Positions 27,572-36,302 of a stretch of DNA of 64,000 nucleotides are shown in pieces. A program made the position numbers and the translations under genes. Source of the DNA: an uncultured Klebsiella sp. (GTDB taxonomy: Bacteria; Verrucomicrobiota; Verrucomicrobiia; Limisphaerales; SXTU01). The stretch spans positions 37-64,036 of the forward strand of contig CAZQEW010000002.1 in assembly GCA_964591495.1 (NCBI GenBank). Direction: 5' to 3'. The notes under the pieces are model-generated. The model had not been told where the DNA came from and did no database searches. It saw only the letters and a list, made by a program, of their open reading frames with translations. The stretch's first letter is position 1. Each line of letters opens with the position of its first letter.

Positions 27572-30211
27572 TCAGAAAACGGTCAAAAACTCGTTCGCGT
27601 TGAACAGCGCGCGGCACAGCGAGGGCAGGCCGTGGGCCTCCACCAGTTTCACACTGGCAGCCAGCTCCGCCGCTGCAGGCTCGCGCATGATGGCCAGTCG
27701 GAATGCACGTCTCACCTGGGCGTCAACCGGCTGCCCAGCCTCGGTCATTACGCGATCCGCAAAATAGCCCGCCTGCTGCACGGCGAACGGACTGTTCAAC
27801 AAGTTCAACGCCTGCAACGGCGTGGTGCTGCTCGTGCGCTTGGGCGTGACCTGCCCCGCATCCGGGCAATCGAACGCGCCGAAGGTGCTGTCCAACTCGG
27901 TGCGGGGCTTGGCCTGATAGATCATGCGCCGGAACTCTGCCGGGCCAAAGTCCGCGCGCGAGTTGTAGACTTTCACGTAATTGCTGTTCGCCTCGAACAG
28001 ATCGAAGCCCGGCCCGCCCATGGTCCGGTCGAGCTTCCCACTGATGGCCAGCATCGCATCCCGCAAGGGCTCGGACTCCAACCGGCGCGCGGGATAGTGC
28101 CAGAGGAGCCGGTCGGAAGCATCGGTTGCAATGCCGCGCCTCAGGTAATCAGAACCCGGCGGCGCTGGTTCGGTGGCGCGACCGGGCGTGGAGCTCTTCC
28201 TCACCGGTGAAGGTTGATTGACCACCGCATACAGCCCACCCTGGCTAAACGCCGCACTGGTCAAGATCAGCCGGTGAAGGTGCTTAAGCCGCCACCCGCT
28301 GTTCACCAGCTCACTGGCGAGCCAGTCGAGCAACTCCGGATGCGACGGGCGCCCGCCGTTCAGGCCAAAATCGCTGGGCGTGTCCACCAGGCCGGTCCCG
28401 AAATGGTAGTGCCATAACCGGTTCACGATCACCCGCGCAGTCAGGGGATTCTCCGCGGAGCCCAGCCACTTCGCGAGGGCGAGCCGACGCTCGGAATCAG
28501 GCGCATCAGGCGGCAGGGCAAGCTTCGGAGCAAATGCCGCCAGCGCCCCGGGCGCAACCTTCTCACGCGGCTGCATGGGATCTCCGCGATGCATCAGGTG
28601 CGTGTCCCCGGGCTTCACAAACCTCCCGGCGTAAACCATCGGGAAAGTCGTGACCGCAGCAAGATCCGCCTCCAACTGCTTGCGCGTAGCCAGCAACTCC
28701 GCCAGCCGGGCTGCCTCGACCGGTCCCATGCCCTCTGCGGAGTAGGTGATGCCCCCCGGTGCCTTCCCGCCGAACGGCTGCCGATCATCAGATGTGGCCA
28801 CCGTCTGCCAAGTGCTGCCATCGCGCGAAACTTCCACCCGATATCGCGTGGCCAACCGGTCGTTGTAGCGCGGCACATTGTCACGGTCGCGGCTCCACTG
28901 CACACGATCGATCATCTCCTCTCGGGCGAATTCGATCTGCACCCAACCCTTGCCGCGCTCGTTGGAAATCCAGCTCCGCTCGTTGCCGTATTGACCGTCG
29001 TTGATGTGCTCCAGCTTGTGAAAGGGATTGCTGGGATAGGAACCCGATGCCGACGCCTTCGCGCCCGCGCTCGCGAGTGCGACATTGCGCCCCGTAGCGC
29101 CCGCACTGAAGGCCTCCAGCTCATCAATGCACGGCTCCAATTGGGTGGTCTCCGCGACGGTGAAGCGGATGAACCGAGCAGCGACCGGGGCGAAGCGCTC
29201 CACGTTCAGCCCGCGCGTGACAGGCGGGCGCAACTTGGCGCCTGCCCCCGTGCCCGCGTGGGCCACCGGCTCAAAGCGCTCCAACTGCTTCATGACGCCG
29301 GCCAACCGCTGCCGCAACGCATCCGCCTTGCCCTGCAATTCTGCGAAGTTGGCCGGCTTCACCGCGCGCTCGCCGTGCTGCACGCCCGCAAAGCACGCCA
29401 CCACCGCGTAATAATCCGTCATCGCGATGGGGTCGAACTTGTGGTTGTGGCACCGCGCGCAATGGAGGGTGAGGCCGAGAAACGCGCTCGCGGTCGTGGC
29501 GGCAAAGTCGTTCAAATCCTCCGCGCGCTGGTTCGCCGTGAGCACCGGGTCCGGGGATTTCACGATGTCAGTGGGCCCGCCCACGATGAACCCCGTCGCT
29601 TCATCCACGCCCAGCACATCGCCCGCGAGCTGTTCCGCGATGAACCGGTCGTAAGGCAGGTCCCGGTTGAAGGCCCGGATGACCCAGTCGCGGTAGGGCC
29701 ACGCGTTCTTGCGCGCACCGTTGGTCTCGTAGCCATTGCTCTCCGCGAACCGCACCACATCCAACCAGTGCCGCGCCCATCGCTCGCCGAAATGCGGCGA
29801 GGCGAGCAGTTTGTCCACGAGCGCGGCAACGGCTTGTTCTCGCTTTCTTTCATTCTCGCCCGCAGCCCCTCCCGCCGCAGACGGAGAGCATTCCCGCACA
29901 AACGCCTCAACCTCCTCGGGCGTCGGCGGCAGGCCGATCGTGGTAAAATGAAAACGGCGGATGAGGGTCCGCGGGTCCGCAGGCGGGGCAAAGGTCAGAT
30001 TTTTCTCCGTCAACCTGGCGAGAAGAAAGCGATCGACCGGGTTTTTGACCCCGTCGGCGGCGGGCACAGCCGGTCTCCGTAAGGGTTGCCAAGCCCAGTG
30101 CTGCGGGCTCGCCGGTGGCGGCTTATCGGCGGAGCGGGCGGTCAGCGGCCCAAAACACAGCCCCAAGATGCAGGCCAGGCCAGGGGAAAGTTTCAATGCA
30201 GACTTCATCAA
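27572..30211 (-). CDS. DUF1549/DUF1553 protein with embedded F5/8 type C (discoidin)-like domain
   Basis: Signal peptide. DUF1549 block HCARCHNHKFDPI. Central FIRFTV...IDELEAF...NDGQYGNERSWIS...GWVQIEF segment. DUF1553-type C terminus ending ALFNANEFLTVF. Confidence 0.88.
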   Translation of the reverse strand: MMKSALKLSPGLACILGLCFGPLTARSADKPPPASPQHWAWQPLRRPAVPAADGVKNPVDRFLLARLTEKNLTFAPPADPRTLIRRFHFTTIGLPPTPEEVEAFVRECSPSAAGGAAGENERKREQAVAALVDKLLASPHFGERWARHWLDVVRFAESNGYETNGARKNAWPYRDWVIRAFNRDLPYDRFIAEQLAGDVLGVDEATGFIVGGPTDIVKSPDPVLTANQRAEDLNDFAATTASAFLGLTLHCARCHNHKFDPIAMTDYYAVVACFAGVQHGERAVKPANFAELQGKADALRQRLAGVMKQLERFEPVAHAGTGAGAKLRPPVTRGLNVERFAPVAARFIRFTVAETTQLEPCIDELEAFSAGATGRNVALASAGAKASASGSYPSNPFHKLEHINDGQYGNERSWISNERGKGWVQIEFAREEMIDRVQWSRDRDNVPRYNDRLATRYRVEVSRDGSTWQTVATSDDRQPFGGKAPGGITYSAEGMGPVEAARLAELLATRKQLEADLAAVTTFPMVYAGRFVKPGDTHLMHRGDPMQPREKVAPGALAAFAPKLALPPDAPDSERRLALAKWLGSAENPLTARVIVNRLWHYHFGTGLVDTPSDFGLNGGRPSHPELLDWLASELVNSGWRLKHLHRLILTSAAFSQGGLYAVVNQPSPVRKSSTPGRATEPAPPGSDYLRRGIATDASDRLLWHYPARRLESEPLRDAMLAISGKLDRTMGGPGFDLFEANSNYVKVYNSRADFGPAEFRRMIYQAKPRTELDSTFGAFDCPDAGQVTPKRTSSTTPLQALNLLNSPFAVQQAGYFADRVMTEAGQPVDAQVRRAFRLAIMREPAAAELAASVKLVEAHGLPSLCRALFNANEFLTVF

Positions 30212-30307
30212 AGGCTGGTGTTTCGACGGAGCGTGCAGCCGCGGATTTCAGCCGGGAAGGAAAATTCGCGTTGGACGCTGCGCCGGCGCTTTCGCAAGCT
30301 GCGCCCG

Positions 30308-31261
30308 ATGTTTGCAACGCTCCGCAAGTGGGCTGAGTTCGTGAAGCTGTCGCACACGGTCTTCGCACTGCCGTTCGCCCTCGCCGCCATGGTCGTGGCG
30401 GCCCGTGACACCCGCGGGTGGCCGGGGTGGCGCACGTTCGGGCTGGTCCTGCTGGCGATGTTTTCCGCGCGGACCTGCGCCATGGCTTTCAACCGGATCG
30501 TGGACCGGAAGTTCGATGCGGCGAATCCGCGCACGGCGAACCGGCACCTGCCCGCCGGGCAGATCTCGCTGGTGAGTGCATGGACGCTCTGCGTGATCGC
30601 GGCGGCAGGACTGGTGGGCGCCGCGTGGCTGCTGAATCCGGTCTGCTTTTACCTTTCCCCCATCGCACTGTTCTTTGTCTGCTTTTATTCCCTGACCAAG
30701 CGGTTCACGGACTACACCCATGTCTGGTTGGGGATCGCGCTCGCGCTCGCGCCGGTGGGCGCTTGGCTGGCGGTGAAGGGCCAGCTCGGCTTCACGGCGG
30801 CGGAACCCTCCTTTGGCATGGGGCCGCTCGGCCGGGTAGTGGCGGAGCGCGGCCTGACGGGGCTGCTGCCGCTGGTGCTCGCGCTGGCGGTAGTGTTCTG
30901 GCTGATCGGATTCGACATCATCTATGCCATCCAGGACTTCGAGTTTGACCGTTCAAACGGGCTGCATTCGCTGGTGGTGGCCTGGGGGCCGAAGAATGCG
31001 CTCACCGCGTCGCTGCTGGCCCACGCCGTGATGTGGATCTTGCTGGGCCTGTTCGGGCTGATGGCCGGATTCCGACTGGCCTACTATGTCGGCTTGGGGC
31101 TGATCGCCGGCTGCTTGTTGTTCGAACACTTCCTCGCCCGCCGGCGCAGCCTGAACTGGGTGAACAATGCTTTCTTCCGCCTTAACGCCATGATCAGCGC
31201 CGTGTTTTTGGCGGTGATTGTGGTGGAGGTGGTGTTCCCTGGCTTCCGACTGCGGGAATAA
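30308..31261 (+). CDS. UbiA-family aromatic prenyltransferase (4-hydroxybenzoate polyprenyltransferase-related / MqnP-like)
   Basis: FVKLSHTVFALPFALAAM, Asp-rich motif context NRIVDRKFD, a second motif IYAIQDFEFD, and 8-9 TM segments. Confidence 0.85.
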   Translation: MFATLRKWAEFVKLSHTVFALPFALAAMVVAARDTRGWPGWRTFGLVLLAMFSARTCAMAFNRIVDRKFDAANPRTANRHLPAGQISLVSAWTLCVIAAAGLVGAAWLLNPVCFYLSPIALFFVCFYSLTKRFTDYTHVWLGIALALAPVGAWLAVKGQLGFTAAEPSFGMGPLGRVVAERGLTGLLPLVLALAVVFWLIGFDIIYAIQDFEFDRSNGLHSLVVAWGPKNALTASLLAHAVMWILLGLFGLMAGFRLAYYVGLGLIAGCLLFEHFLARRRSLNWVNNAFFRLNAMISAVFLAVIVVEVVFPGFRLRE

Positions 31262-31345
31262 ACGCGGCTGCCGCGGCTGGGCTAAAACTTCAATGAGCAT
31301 TTGCCTCGCCGAAGCGCCGCGGAACCCGACGGCTGAAGATCCCGC

Positions 31346-31819
31346 TCAGGCGCCTTCCTCGGCCTTTTCCCGCTCCAGGATCTTGTCGATCGTCTTGTCC
31401 AGCAGCGCCACATAACCCTGCACGTCGAGGCAGCGGGCTTCAGGCGTGCCGGTGGCGGCGTAGAGCCAGCCGTGGCCATGCGGGTCCTTGTTCACGGTGG
31501 TGATCTTGGTCTGAAGCAGCGGGTTAGCACCGAGGAATTCACCGTCCACGATGCAATAGACATCTGAAATGGCCTTGAAACCTTCCAGCCAGCCAATGGG
31601 TTGGCCGCACGCGATGACTGCCCTGGGCTCCACCTCCCAGCCGCACTCAACCATGTCGCCCAGCATCCGAGTGGCAAATTTCGTGATGCCCACCCGCCAG
31701 GTGCCATCGGCCTGCCGCGCTGCCCAAGCGTGGGAAGGGCTGTAAAGGGCGTCCATCGGCAACTGCGCGGAGAAGCGCGAGCGCTTGTAGGCCACAAACT
31801 TTGGCTGGGCTTGGCTCAT
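31346..31819 (-). CDS. glycine-cleavage H-protein-like lipoyl-domain protein
   Basis: YSPSHAWA...VGITKFATRMLGDMV...GWLEGFKAISDVYCIVDGEF parallels the GcvH consensus, including the lipoyl Lys (vEsvKaaSD). Confidence 0.75.
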   Translation of the reverse strand: MSQAQPKFVAYKRSRFSAQLPMDALYSPSHAWAARQADGTWRVGITKFATRMLGDMVECGWEVEPRAVIACGQPIGWLEGFKAISDVYCIVDGEFLGANPLLQTKITTVNKDPHGHGWLYAATGTPEARCLDVQGYVALLDKTIDKILEREKAEEGA

Positions 31820-32132
31820 ATTTCAGGTGATTGGGCCAGAACACTCAGAGAAATGAAAGGGGGTGTTGCGGCCATTTCCAGGCTCTACGCAAGAAATGTG
31901 TAAGCCCCGGTGCGGGTAGCACAGACCCACGGGGCTGACCTTTGACATGGGATTGATGAAGCATCCTGCTACGACACGGCTGGACTAAATGCGGGGACCC
32001 ATTCGATGTTGCGGGGCACATGGACAAGTGAACCGCCACGCGTGTCCATAACCGCCATGCAGGGAGTCGTCCTTTCCGTTGCGGAGAGTGTTTGGTAGGG
32101 TGACGCTCGTGAACAGGCTTTCACTGCGTGAG

Positions 32133-33176
32133 ATGCATTCGGAACTACATGGCAGCTTCATGACCATGAAGGAGGCGGAGGTGGTGGCGGATTATGGGGA
32201 TGCAACTGCCGAACACGCGGCGCTTCGCGGAGCCGTTGGCGTGCTGGACCTCTCCTGCCGGGGCCGTGTCTGCCTGACCGGTGCAGACCGCGTGAAGTTC
32301 CTGCATGGCCAGGTGACCAACGACGTGCAGCGCCTTCGCGTCGGCGCGGGATGTTATGCCGCGCTCGTGAACGCCAAGGGCCGGATGCAGGGCGACTTGA
32401 ACATCTACTGCCTGCCAGATGAACTGCTGCTCGACTTCGAGCCGGGTTACACCGCCGCCATTGTGGATCGACTGGAGAGATTCATCATCACCGATGAGGT
32501 TCAAGTGGTGGACGCCGCACCGCATTATGGCCTGCTGAGCGTTCAGGGGCCGCAGGCAACGGAAGCGATCAATCAACTCGGCCTCTCTTGGCCGCTGCCC
32601 AGCCAGGCCCTGAGCTACAGTGGGGTGCTGGACGCGACGTTGGGCCAGCTCTATCTCATGAACCACGCCCGCACAGGTTCGAAGGGTTACGATCTGTTCG
32701 TCCCGACCGCCGCGCTCGGCGCAGTGTTCGACAAGCTGGTGGCAGCCGCAAAATCCCTTGATGGTAGGGCCTGTGGCTGGCGGGCGCTGGAAGCTGCCCG
32801 CATTGAAGCGGGCATCCCACGCTTCGGCCAAGATATGGACGAAGGCACTCTCCCGCCCGAGGCGGGCCTGGAAAGCCGAGCCATCAGCTACAGCAAGGGC
32901 TGTTACATTGGCCAGGAGGTCATCGCCCGCATCCGCACATATGGACAGGTGGCGCGCGCGCTGCGTCGCCTGATCATCCCCGCTGACCTCAACCCACTCC
33001 CCGCGACCGGGGATAAATTGCTCGCCGACGGCAAGGAGGTCGGCCACCTCACCAGCGTGATTCCGGGCCTTGGCCTCGGCTACGTGCGCAAGGAGCATTA
33101 CGCACCCGCCACGCAACTAATACTGCAAACGGCTGCCCGCGAAGTAACGGTGGAGGTTGCGCTCCTGCCGAGATGA
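32133..33176 (+). CDS. folate-binding GcvT-fold protein (YgfZ/CAF17-like aminomethyltransferase family)
   Basis: VGVLDLSCRGRVCLTGADRVKFLHGQVTNDV and the C-terminal KGCYIGQEVIARI motif. Start uncertain: ATG at 32133, 32160 or 32166, or the GTG at 32181, which follows a strong aaggagg. Confidence 0.8.
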   Translation: MHSELHGSFMTMKEAEVVADYGDATAEHAALRGAVGVLDLSCRGRVCLTGADRVKFLHGQVTNDVQRLRVGAGCYAALVNAKGRMQGDLNIYCLPDELLLDFEPGYTAAIVDRLERFIITDEVQVVDAAPHYGLLSVQGPQATEAINQLGLSWPLPSQALSYSGVLDATLGQLYLMNHARTGSKGYDLFVPTAALGAVFDKLVAAAKSLDGRACGWRALEAARIEAGIPRFGQDMDEGTLPPEAGLESRAISYSKGCYIGQEVIARIRTYGQVARALRRLIIPADLNPLPATGDKLLADGKEVGHLTSVIPGLGLGYVRKEHYAPATQLILQTAAREVTVEVALLPR

Positions 33177-33243
33177 AGCGTGTGAAGCACCGGGCTTTTC
33201 CCGCGTGACTTTCCTGCGCCCTCATGGCATTTCCACCGCCGCT

Positions 33244-33852
33244 ATGCACAAGAAACTTTTGCTCCCGCTGCTCATGTTGGCCATCGCGTTTGGCGTCTCT
33301 TCCGCGCCTGCGCAGGACAAAAAGGAAGAGAAGAAGCCCGCCGCGAAGGAAGTCGCCGTGCTCAAGTTCAAAGACTTCGGGGACATCGTCGTGGAATTCT
33401 ACCCCGAGGTCGCGCCGGGCCACGTGGAGAACTTTAAGAAGCTCGCCAACCAAAAGTTTTACGATGGCACCCAGTCCCACCGGCTCATCCCCGGCTTCAT
33501 GATCCAGCTCGGCGACCCGCTCACGAAGGATCCGAGCAAGGAAGCCTTCTGGGGCACGGGCGATCCCGGCTACAAGATCAAGGCCGAGTTCAACGACCGC
33601 CCGCATGACAAGGGCGTGCTCTCGATGGCCCGCAGCGCCAGTCCAGATTCCGCCGGCAGCCAGTTCTTCATCTGCTTCAAACGCGTCGCCCACCTCGACC
33701 GCCAATACACGGTGTTTGGCAAGGTGCTCAAGGGCCTCGACGTGCTGGACAAGCTCGAAGCCGTCCCCGTCGGCGGCGCGCAGGGCAGCAAGCCGCAGCG
33801 CCCCGTCGTTCTCGAAAGCGTCAAGATCGCCCCCGCCGACTCAATCAAGTAA
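33244..33852 (+). CDS. peptidylprolyl isomerase, cyclophilin type, exported
   Basis: Signal peptide MHKKLLLPLLMLAIAFGVSSAPA, then FHRLIPGFMIQLGDP-type core and SMARS...DSAGSQFFI. Confidence 0.92.
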   Translation: MHKKLLLPLLMLAIAFGVSSAPAQDKKEEKKPAAKEVAVLKFKDFGDIVVEFYPEVAPGHVENFKKLANQKFYDGTQSHRLIPGFMIQLGDPLTKDPSKEAFWGTGDPGYKIKAEFNDRPHDKGVLSMARSASPDSAGSQFFICFKRVAHLDRQYTVFGKVLKGLDVLDKLEAVPVGGAQGSKPQRPVVLESVKIAPADSIK

Positions 33853-33874
33853 CCACCGCCGTCTTCCCCACCCC

Positions 33875-34402
33875 ATGAGCACCGTCAACGAAGTCGCCCT
33901 CATCAACACCTGTCACGGCCAGATGGTCGTCGAGTTCTGGTCGGACGTCGCCCCCGGGCACGTCGAGAACTTCAAGAAGCTCGCGCGCCAGGGCTTTTAT
34001 GACGGCACTGCTTTCCACCGCGTCGTGAAAGGCTTCATGATCCAGGGCGGCGATCCGCTCACGAAGGATCCGAATGAGGAAGGTCGCTGGGGGACTGGCA
34101 ATCCGGGCTACAAGATCAAGGCCGAGTTCAATGACCGGCCGCACGTCCGCGGCGTGCTCTCCATGGCCCGCTCGCAGGACCCTAACAGCGCCGGTTCGCA
34201 GTTCTTCATCTGTCTCGCGGACGCCCGGTTCCTTGACCGGCAATACACGGCTTTCGGCACGGTCATCGGAGGTGATGATGTGCTCGAGGCGATTGGCAGC
34301 GTGGAAACGACGTTTGCCGGCGGCCGCGAGAAAAGCCGCCCCACCCGCCGCATGAGCGTGGAGAGTGTGCAGATCGTCCCGCGCGATACGGTGAAGCTGT
34401 AG
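33875..34402 (+). CDS. peptidylprolyl isomerase, cyclophilin type, cytoplasmic
   Basis: FHRVVKGFMIQGGDP, SMARSQDPNSAGSQFFI, and no signal peptide. Tandem paralog of the previous gene. Confidence 0.92.
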   Translation: MSTVNEVALINTCHGQMVVEFWSDVAPGHVENFKKLARQGFYDGTAFHRVVKGFMIQGGDPLTKDPNEEGRWGTGNPGYKIKAEFNDRPHVRGVLSMARSQDPNSAGSQFFICLADARFLDRQYTAFGTVIGGDDVLEAIGSVETTFAGGREKSRPTRRMSVESVQIVPRDTVKL

Positions 34403-34435
34403 GACCGGAACCGTTGGGTTTTCCCTCCGGTTGCT

Positions 34436-35383
34436 TCAGTCTCCCGGGAGTTTCCATCGCCCCAGCAGGCGCACGTCGTCCAAGAGAAACTCCCGCGGGC
34501 TCTCGCCGCTGAGTTCGATGCTGAACCAGTCCGTGCCCACGGCCTGAAAGTTGGGGAATGAGCTGAAGGACAAGTCCACCTTGCGCCATTGGTCATCCAG
34601 CGTTGCTTCGATGGTGGAAACGGCGGTGACCGCGTTGGTCGTCCCGTAACCCGCGTGCATGGTGAAGCGCGCCCGCCCTGTCCCACCCGGCGCGCGCAGC
34701 CACACGCGCAATCCCGTGGCAAGCTGGTGTGAGTAATGCCACCCGCGCACCCGGGCCGTGCCCACGGTGACGGAGCGCTGGCCGGCAGGCAGCGTGATTG
34801 ACAACGCCGCTTTGCCATCGTGCGCGGCCGGGGAAAGCCTTGGCGGCGGTGCCCCCGTGCCCGCCGGTGAAAGCTCCCAACCTGACACCCCTTCCTCAAA
34901 ACCATCCAGGAAAGGCCAAAATACCCGCGACGGTTTCTCCATGCCTACCAGCCGCGGCGAGACCACCCGCATAGGCGAAAGGACTGCCGGCGCGGGCAAG
35001 CCGTCGCTAACGAAATACACAACCGGCACATCGAGATCGTCCACCGGCAGCGTGCCTTCCCAGACCGCACCGCGCTGCGCGAACGGAAGCACCCTCCAGT
35101 CGCGGGCGGGCCAATGCCCCGGCGCATCCGCACTGAAATGCAGCACGAGCCTCGCCGATGCGGGCGACACGGGCGGTTGCCAACGCACCCTGAGCTGCTC
35201 GGCCAGATGTTCCGCTGCCAACGAGCGAAAAGCCTCGCCGTTGACGGCGTTGGTTACCAACCCGCGCGGAAACTGCGCCGTCCCGACGACCCAAGTGTCA
35301 GCCGAAGGCTTGGTCTGGGCGTGGACCAGCAGCCCATTCACCACCAACACCGCCAAGAGGCCGATCCGGGCGTTTGCCTTCAC
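34436..35383 (-). CDS. secreted hypothetical protein
   Basis: GTG start at 35383 gives (M)KANARIGLLAVLVVNGLLVHAQT, a signal peptide. It overlaps the stop of the upstream gene by 4 nt (GTGA). The upstream part of the 403-aa track ORF is Arg/Gly-rich junk. Confidence 0.6.
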   Translation of the reverse strand: MKANARIGLLAVLVVNGLLVHAQTKPSADTWVVGTAQFPRGLVTNAVNGEAFRSLAAEHLAEQLRVRWQPPVSPASARLVLHFSADAPGHWPARDWRVLPFAQRGAVWEGTLPVDDLDVPVVYFVSDGLPAPAVLSPMRVVSPRLVGMEKPSRVFWPFLDGFEEGVSGWELSPAGTGAPPPRLSPAAHDGKAALSITLPAGQRSVTVGTARVRGWHYSHQLATGLRVWLRAPGGTGRARFTMHAGYGTTNAVTAVSTIEATLDDQWRKVDLSFSSFPNFQAVGTDWFSIELSGESPREFLLDDVRLLGRWKLPGD

Positions 35384-35622
35384 TTGCCGGACTTGCCTCC
35401 TCCGCCCCCGCCTTTGCCCCCGCCCGCGGTGAGCACCGTGCCCGTGACCACGCCCACGGCGAAGAAGGCGTAATACATCATCGCCGACGGCAGCGTGATT
35501 TTCTTGGGCAGCACCGGCGGGAGGGAGAAGTCCACGGTGCCGCGATTCTCGCGGCCCATGAGCACGAGGAAAAACAGGACCACCAGGAGAAAGACGGTTT
35601 TGAGGAGCAGCTTGGCATTCAT
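35380..35622 (-). CDS. small membrane protein, LapA/DUF1049-like, with Gly/Lys tail
   Basis: 80 aa with two hydrophobic helices (LLLKTVFLLVVLFFLVLM, MMYYAFFAVGVVTGTVL) and the tail GGGKGGGGGGKSGK. Start at MNAKLLL. Confidence 0.55.
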   Translation of the reverse strand: MNAKLLLKTVFLLVVLFFLVLMGRENRGTVDFSLPPVLPKKITLPSAMMYYAFFAVGVVTGTVLTAGGGKGGGGGGKSGK

Positions 35623-35717
35623 AGGCGCAGCAGACGGACCGTAGCAATGCCGCGCGACGTTGTCAGCAGTCACTTCGGCCGGCTTGCCCGCGACGCCGGC
35701 GCGCGTATTGTTGCGGC

Positions 35718-36269
35718 ATGAAATTCGGCTCCGACGGCATGCTGCTAGGCCTCGCGCTTGCCCTGCTTGCAGGCTGCTCGCCGAATGCTCCCCAACCAAC
35801 CCCGATGCCCTCCCCTGCCCCGCTTCCGACCAGCACGAACACCGCCGATACCGTGACCAAAACCGACGCGGAATGGCGCCAATTGCTCACGCCCGAGCAG
35901 TATCATGTCCTGCGTGAGGCAGGCACCGAACGGCCGCACGGCAAGGCTTATGAGGAGTTCAAGGCACAGGGCGCAGGCACTTATGTCTGCGGCGGCTGCG
36001 GCGCAGAACTGTTCTCCTCGGCACACAAGTTCGATTCGCACTGCGGCTGGCCGTCCTTCTACGACCCAGCGAACGCGAAGAACGTCCGCACGCGTGAGGA
36101 CCGGGCGTTTGGCATGACGCGCGTGGAAGTGCTGTGCGCCAAGTGCGGCGGGCACCTCGGCCACGTCTTCAAGGGTGAAGGTTTTCCCACGCCCACGGAT
36201 ACGCGCTACTGCATCAACGGCGTGGCGCTGAAGTTCGTGCCCAAGCCGGCGGCAGCCAAAGAGCCGTAA
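35718..36269 (+). CDS. msrB: peptide-methionine (R)-S-oxide reductase with lipoprotein signal
   Basis: Lipobox LLAGC. SelR core YVCGGCGAELFSS..KFDSHCGWPSF...VLCAKCGGHLGHVF...RYCIN. Confidence 0.92.
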   Translation: MKFGSDGMLLGLALALLAGCSPNAPQPTPMPSPAPLPTSTNTADTVTKTDAEWRQLLTPEQYHVLREAGTERPHGKAYEEFKAQGAGTYVCGGCGAELFSSAHKFDSHCGWPSFYDPANAKNVRTREDRAFGMTRVEVLCAKCGGHLGHVFKGEGFPTPTDTRYCINGVALKFVPKPAAAKEP

Positions 36270-36302
36270 CCGTCAGAAATGGGTGCGCGCCGGCCAGCAA
36301 GC

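Noticed and set aside
31820-32132. Possible glycine riboswitch upstream of the GcvH-like or GcvT-fold genes
   Set aside because: I could not find the conserved cores (ggagag ... caccgaaggggc / ctctggagag ... accgaagg) on either strand. Only an isolated ggagag occurs near 32083.
33244-34402. Tandem cyclophilin genes as a novelty
   Set aside because: An exported plus a cytoplasmic cyclophilin pair is a common arrangement. Both have intact active-site blocks, and nothing unusual was seen beyond simple paralogy.
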